Shown one piece after another: positions 59,580 to 64,000 of a stretch of 64,000 nt of DNA. The notes beneath the pieces were generated by a model. It made no database searches and was not told the DNA's origin. It saw only the letters and a list, made by a program, of their open reading frames with translations. The stretch's first letter is position 1. Every line of letters starts with the position of its first letter. The stretch spans positions 39,370,001 to 39,434,000 of the forward strand of contig NC_086376.1 of assembly GCF_036588685.1 (NCBI RefSeq), written 5' to 3'. The translations under genes were made by a program, and so were the position numbers. The DNA is from Mytilus trossulus. Lineage: Eukaryota.

Positions 59580-62388
59580 TAGATACAGAAAAAAATATTC
59601 TAGATACAGAAAAAAAAATGCAGAAAAAACAAAAAGAAAGTTTTTAAGGCAGATATTTTAGAACAGTTAGAAACTCTTCATGAGGACAATCCAAAATTAT
59701 ACTGGGGATTGATTAATAAGTTACAGGACAAAAATCATGATTCTTCAGTTAACAATATATCACCATCTGATTGGCTTCATCACTTTCAAGATTTAAATAA
59801 GGTTAATGATAATTTTTTAGATAGGGTTAAACATCTTGAGGAGAGTTTAGAATCTGCAGAGATATCCCCGAAATGTTTTAATGAATTAGATTTTGTAATA
59901 ACTGATAATGAAATTATCACTGCCATCTCAAAATTAAAGTGGAATAAATCCCCTGGCTTGGACAATATTACAAATAATATGATTAAATGCAGCCAAAGTA
60001 TTTTAGTTGGTTGCTTCAAAAAAATATTCAACTCTTGTTTGAGTAATGGCATTTATCCTGAAAAATGGGCAGAAGGATATATAGCACCCTTACATAAGGC
60101 TAATGATATTCTTGATCCTAATAACTATCGTGGTTTGACCATAACTAGTTCAATAGGAAAATTGTTTAATTCTATTTTAAATTCCCGACTAGACAAATTT
60201 CTAGTCGAACACAAAATAATTGATGGCTGCCAAATTGGCTTCACAAAAAAAGCTAGGACCTCTGACCACATGTTTGTAATCAAGACAATCATTGATAAAT
60301 ATTGTAATAACCCTGGTGGTAGACTATATGCCTGCTTTGTTGACTTCAAAAAGGCCTTTGATACTGTTATTCACACTGGAATCAAATTGAAACTACTAGA
60401 TATTGGGGTGGGATCTTCTTTTTACAACATCATCAAAAGCATGTATGAAGTAAGTAAATCTTTTGTAAAGGTAAATGAAAACTTAACAAATTCCTTTTCA
60501 ACGCACCTGGGGGTGAAACAAGGAGACAATTTGAGTCCAAACCTCTTCAAGATCTTTATTAATAATTTGACAAACTATTTAAAACACTCTGAAGACCCAG
60601 TTTCAATAAATGATCAAGATTTACACTGCCTTATGTATGCTGACGATATTGTTTTATTGTCAACATCTCCGAATGGTTTGCAAAAAAAATTGGACATTTT
60701 GCAAAATTACTGCAATGATTGGTGCTCAAGTGTGAATACAAACAAAACAAAGGTTCTTATATTCAACAAGGCAGGTAGATTGATTAACAAATATGATTTT
60801 ATGCTAAATGGTGTAAAACTAGAGTGTGTTAAAACATATAAATATTTGGGTATACATTTTTGTGCATCTGGCTCCTTTACAGTAGCCCAGGATGAATTGT
60901 ATAAAAAGGCTCTAAAAGCCTATTTTAAGTTATCTAAAGATTTTTTATCCTTGCATCCTTCAGTCAAAACAAGCATGCATGTTTTTGATCATACCATCAA
61001 ACCCATCTTGCTATACAGCTGTGAGATATGGGGTGCCTTTAATCCTATGTCGTCTAAATATAGAAATGGAATTTTTTCATTTGACCATATTTATTTTAAA
61101 TAACCTGCTGAAAAACTTCATACTAAATTCTGTAAATTTATTCTTGGAGCTCCAAAAAAAAGCACCAATTTTGCAGAATTAACTGAGTTGGGAAGACTAC
61201 CAATATATTTTAACATGATTAAAGCAATGACTAAATACTATTACAGATTAGAAAAGTCAGACACTAACTTTCCATTGTTATACAATGCATTTATAGAATC
61301 AAAGAAATTGTATGAGTCAAAGAAACCATCATGGCATATGTCATCTGAAAAACTTCTTTAACTGATTAATAATTATCAAATACCCTCAGACATGGCTAAA
61401 CCAATTGACAACAGAAAACTAGGAATTGCCATGTTAAAAGATTGGGAAAAGAATCTCAAAACTCACTCAGAAGGAAAGCTTTGCACATATGTTACGTTTA
61501 AAGTCAATTTTGGTTTTGAAAAATATCTTGATATTGTTAAAAAATTTCAAGATAGACGGAGTCTAACAAGATTTCGCATATCTGCTCACCATTTACTTAT
61601 AGAGAGAGGTAGATATAGTAATACTCCCCGACACAATAGAATATGTAAGAGATGTTGTAGTAATGAGGTCGAAGATGAAACACTTTTTCTTTTTAACTGT
61701 GATAGTTTATCAGATCAAAGGAAAGACATGATAACAATGATAAATAATTGCTGCAAGAATTTTCAATATCTTGACCCTAAACAAAAACTGATATGGTTAA
61801 TGAATAATGAAGATGAGAATTTATTATCAGAATTATGCATGTTCATTAAGAAATATGAAAAGTTTTAATGGGATTTATTTCCCTCTACTACTTGTAATTT
61901 GAACTTTTGAACTCTAGAGCACCGTCCCTTGATGAATATTGTCCAGTAGCAATGTTAACCCTTGCAATTGTGCATTAGTCATGAGGAGAATCACTATTGG
62001 AGTAATCTCATGTATCTGTAGCTAGTTCTGAAGGATCCCCCCTTGATGACCTTTGCATTGTTGTGATGAAGTCCCTCACTACTGTGCACTGGTCATGAGG
62101 AGAACTACTGCAGATTGAGATACTATATTCCCGGTTCTATTTTTGCTATTTTTTAGTTTCCGTATTTTAAAATAAACTTAATATCATATCCTTTTAATAT
62201 TAAATCGGCCTCATTGCACTCAATGTCTCTTACTATAATTATATCCTACATTGCTCATATTATCAATTTATTATTTGTGTATTAATTATTGTGTATTTCA
62301 CTAATGTTTATATAATCATTGTATTATGATGTTTTTGTATCTTGCCTGACATGATTGGAAAAATAAATAATGTCTAATGTCTAATGTC
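59580..62388 (+). mobile_element. 5'-truncated LINE, RTEX-like, with (TAATGTC)3 tail
   Basis: KSPGLD, NYRGLT, QIGF, FVDFKKAFD, GVKQGDNLSP, MYADD, YKYLG; frameshift near 61100; C-terminal RFRISAHHLLIERGRY..CKRC..EDE; AATAAA then the tandem tail 62368-62388. Confidence 0.93.
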
Positions 62389-62922
62389 AAAAAAAAAAAA
62401 GATACATAGATTAATACTAAAAACATAGTCATAGAAAATGGAATGCATTACAAAGGATTTATATCCGTAATAAGAAATACTGATTTGTCAAAGACCGGAT
62501 TATTTTAATATTTTATTTAAGTACTGTTATCTGTATTTGTCCATTTTAATTCCTTGTTATCTGTTTTGAGCCAAATCAATTTGCTGTTTTGCTGTTATTG
62601 GGACCCCCTTGTCCCCCTCATATATTTATCACTGAATACCGAACTGAACAAATGCTTAACGTTAAAAGAAGGAATGATGTTCACGGGTTTCTCCCATTAC
62701 ATGTCTCTCACTTTGAACAACCCGGCCTTTGGTCAATTATAAATTATCCCAAAAGTGTGACCAATACATGTAACACTGTCACAGAAAGAGGTATATTCAC
62801 TACTGGTATTTTCGATTTTGAAATAATTGTTGGACAGTTTGAACAGTTTTTTTTTTTTAGAGCGGCCAAATATTGAAGTGGCTTTTATAATTTGGCACAC
62901 GAAAGCGTGTCTATCGTGAACT

Positions 62923-63743
62923 AACAAGTGAAACTGCGAGCTACTGCTCACTGATGATACCCCCGCCGCAAGTGGATAATATTAATAGTGTAAAAATATG
63001 CAAGTGTTCGGTAAACAGGAAGTTGTCAAGTGATCAATCTGAAAACGCATCACACGGTATAGCTGACTTATATAAATCCTGAACCAAATTTCAGAAATCC
63101 TTGTATTGTAGTTCCTGAGAAAAATGTGACGAAAATTTTCTACTTGTCTATCATGTGTAAAATCATACAAGTGTTCGGTAAACAGGAAGTTGACAAGTGA
63201 TCAATCTGAAAACGCATCACACGGTATAGCTGACTTAGATAAACCCTGAAACCAAATTTCAGAAATCCTTGTATTGTAGTTCCTGAGAAAAATGTGACGA
63301 AAAATTTTCAACTTGGCTATCATGTGTAAAATCATTCAAGTGTTCGGTAAACAGGAAGTTGTCAAGTGATCAATCTGAAAACGCATCACACGGTATAGCT
63401 GACTTAGATAAACCCTGAAACCAAATTTCAGAAATCCTTGTATTGTAGTTCGTGAGAAAAATGTGACGAAAATTTTAAACTTGGCTGTCATGTGTAAAAT
63501 CATTCAAGTGTTCGGTAAACAGGAAGTTGTCAAGTGATCAATCTGAAAACGCATCACACGGTATAGCTGACTTAGATAAACCCTGAAACCAAATTTCAGA
63601 AAGGGTGGATGTGTAGTTCCTGAGAAATATGTGAAGAAAGTATCATGGGACGGACTGACTGACGGACGGACTGATGGACGGACGGACTGACGAACAGACA
63701 GAGGTAAAACAGTATACCCCCCTTTTTTAAAGCGGGGATATAA
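62923..63743 (+). mobile_element. HINE/pearl-type (Helentron-associated) element with ~3.7 tandem ~168-bp satellite units
   Basis: Units start 63004, 63171, 63340, 63508; followed by (GGAC/TGAC)n microsatellite 63648-63700 and terminal hairpin TATACCCC...GGGGATATA. Confidence 0.88.
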
Positions 63744-64000
63744 AAAGCGGACACATCGGATCGTCTACCTTATACAGGCGATAATTAATGTAAAACCTTT
63801 ACTTACGATATCTGTCTTATTTCGTATAACACTGGCCGCCAAAGAAACTCTTCTTTTAATAAATAGATATAAGAAGGTATGCCAAGGAGACAACTTTCCA
63901 TTCAAGCCACAATTTGTAAAAGTAAACCTTTACAGGACGAAGTACGGCCTTCAACACAGAGCATTTGTTCACACCCTACATCAAGCTTTAAAGGACCAAC

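Larger units (their letters stand above)
57912..62619. mobile_element. Sola2-like non-autonomous element hosting a HINE remnant and a LINE
   Basis: AAGGGGGGGCAAGGGG...CCCCTTGTCCCCCTC, ATAT on both flanks; the same CTGTTAT subterminal repeats at 57930-58120 (~55-bp tandem units) and 62520-62600. Confidence 0.7.

Noticed and set aside
1-64000. tRNA or rRNA genes
   Set aside because: No cloverleaf or rRNA-like sequence recognised by eye; tRNAscan-SE/Infernal would be needed to exclude them formally.

Overview
AT-rich, intron-containing animal genomic DNA. The repeat complement (satellite-carrying HINE/pearl-type elements, Penelope-like fragments, CAGTGGCGGATCC MITEs) points to a bivalve, probably a Mytilus-type mussel (inference). 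Most of the ORF track is noise; the real genes only appear after manual splicing. I reconstruct six gene models: (1) an intact 2-exon BTB/POZ gene (+, 7620-12044, 268 aa); (2,3) a head-to-head pair of very divergent paralogues that look like F-BAR (GAS7/PSTPIP-type) proteins, a short - strand one (18348-15488, 210 aa) and a long + strand one with an SH3-like end (~26923-36961) that is damaged; (4,5) a tandem pair of small secreted 14-Cys VWC/pacifastin-like genes, one intact (39386-41306, 124 aa) and one pseudogene; (6) a 3-exon orphan with a PD-(D/E)xK-like motif order and a premature stop (-, 54306-49989). Between and inside these lie three LINE fragments, an internally deleted Gypsy element with ~145-bp LTRs, mariner, Kolobok, MULE-, IS3EU-, Sola-, Zator/Harbinger- and hAT-like non-autonomous elements, a Helitron 3' end and several tandem arrays. 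Most unusual signals: (a) in the long F-BAR-like gene, the donor site of a 5-kb intron is replaced by the first 9 nt of the next exon, so the genome carries a spliced exon-exon junction; (b) at least three unrelated non-coding, TSD-less elements share one architecture in which an internal sequence is the exact complement of the joined ends (DIRS-ICR-like). All family assignments are from motif recognition by eye; no searches were run.
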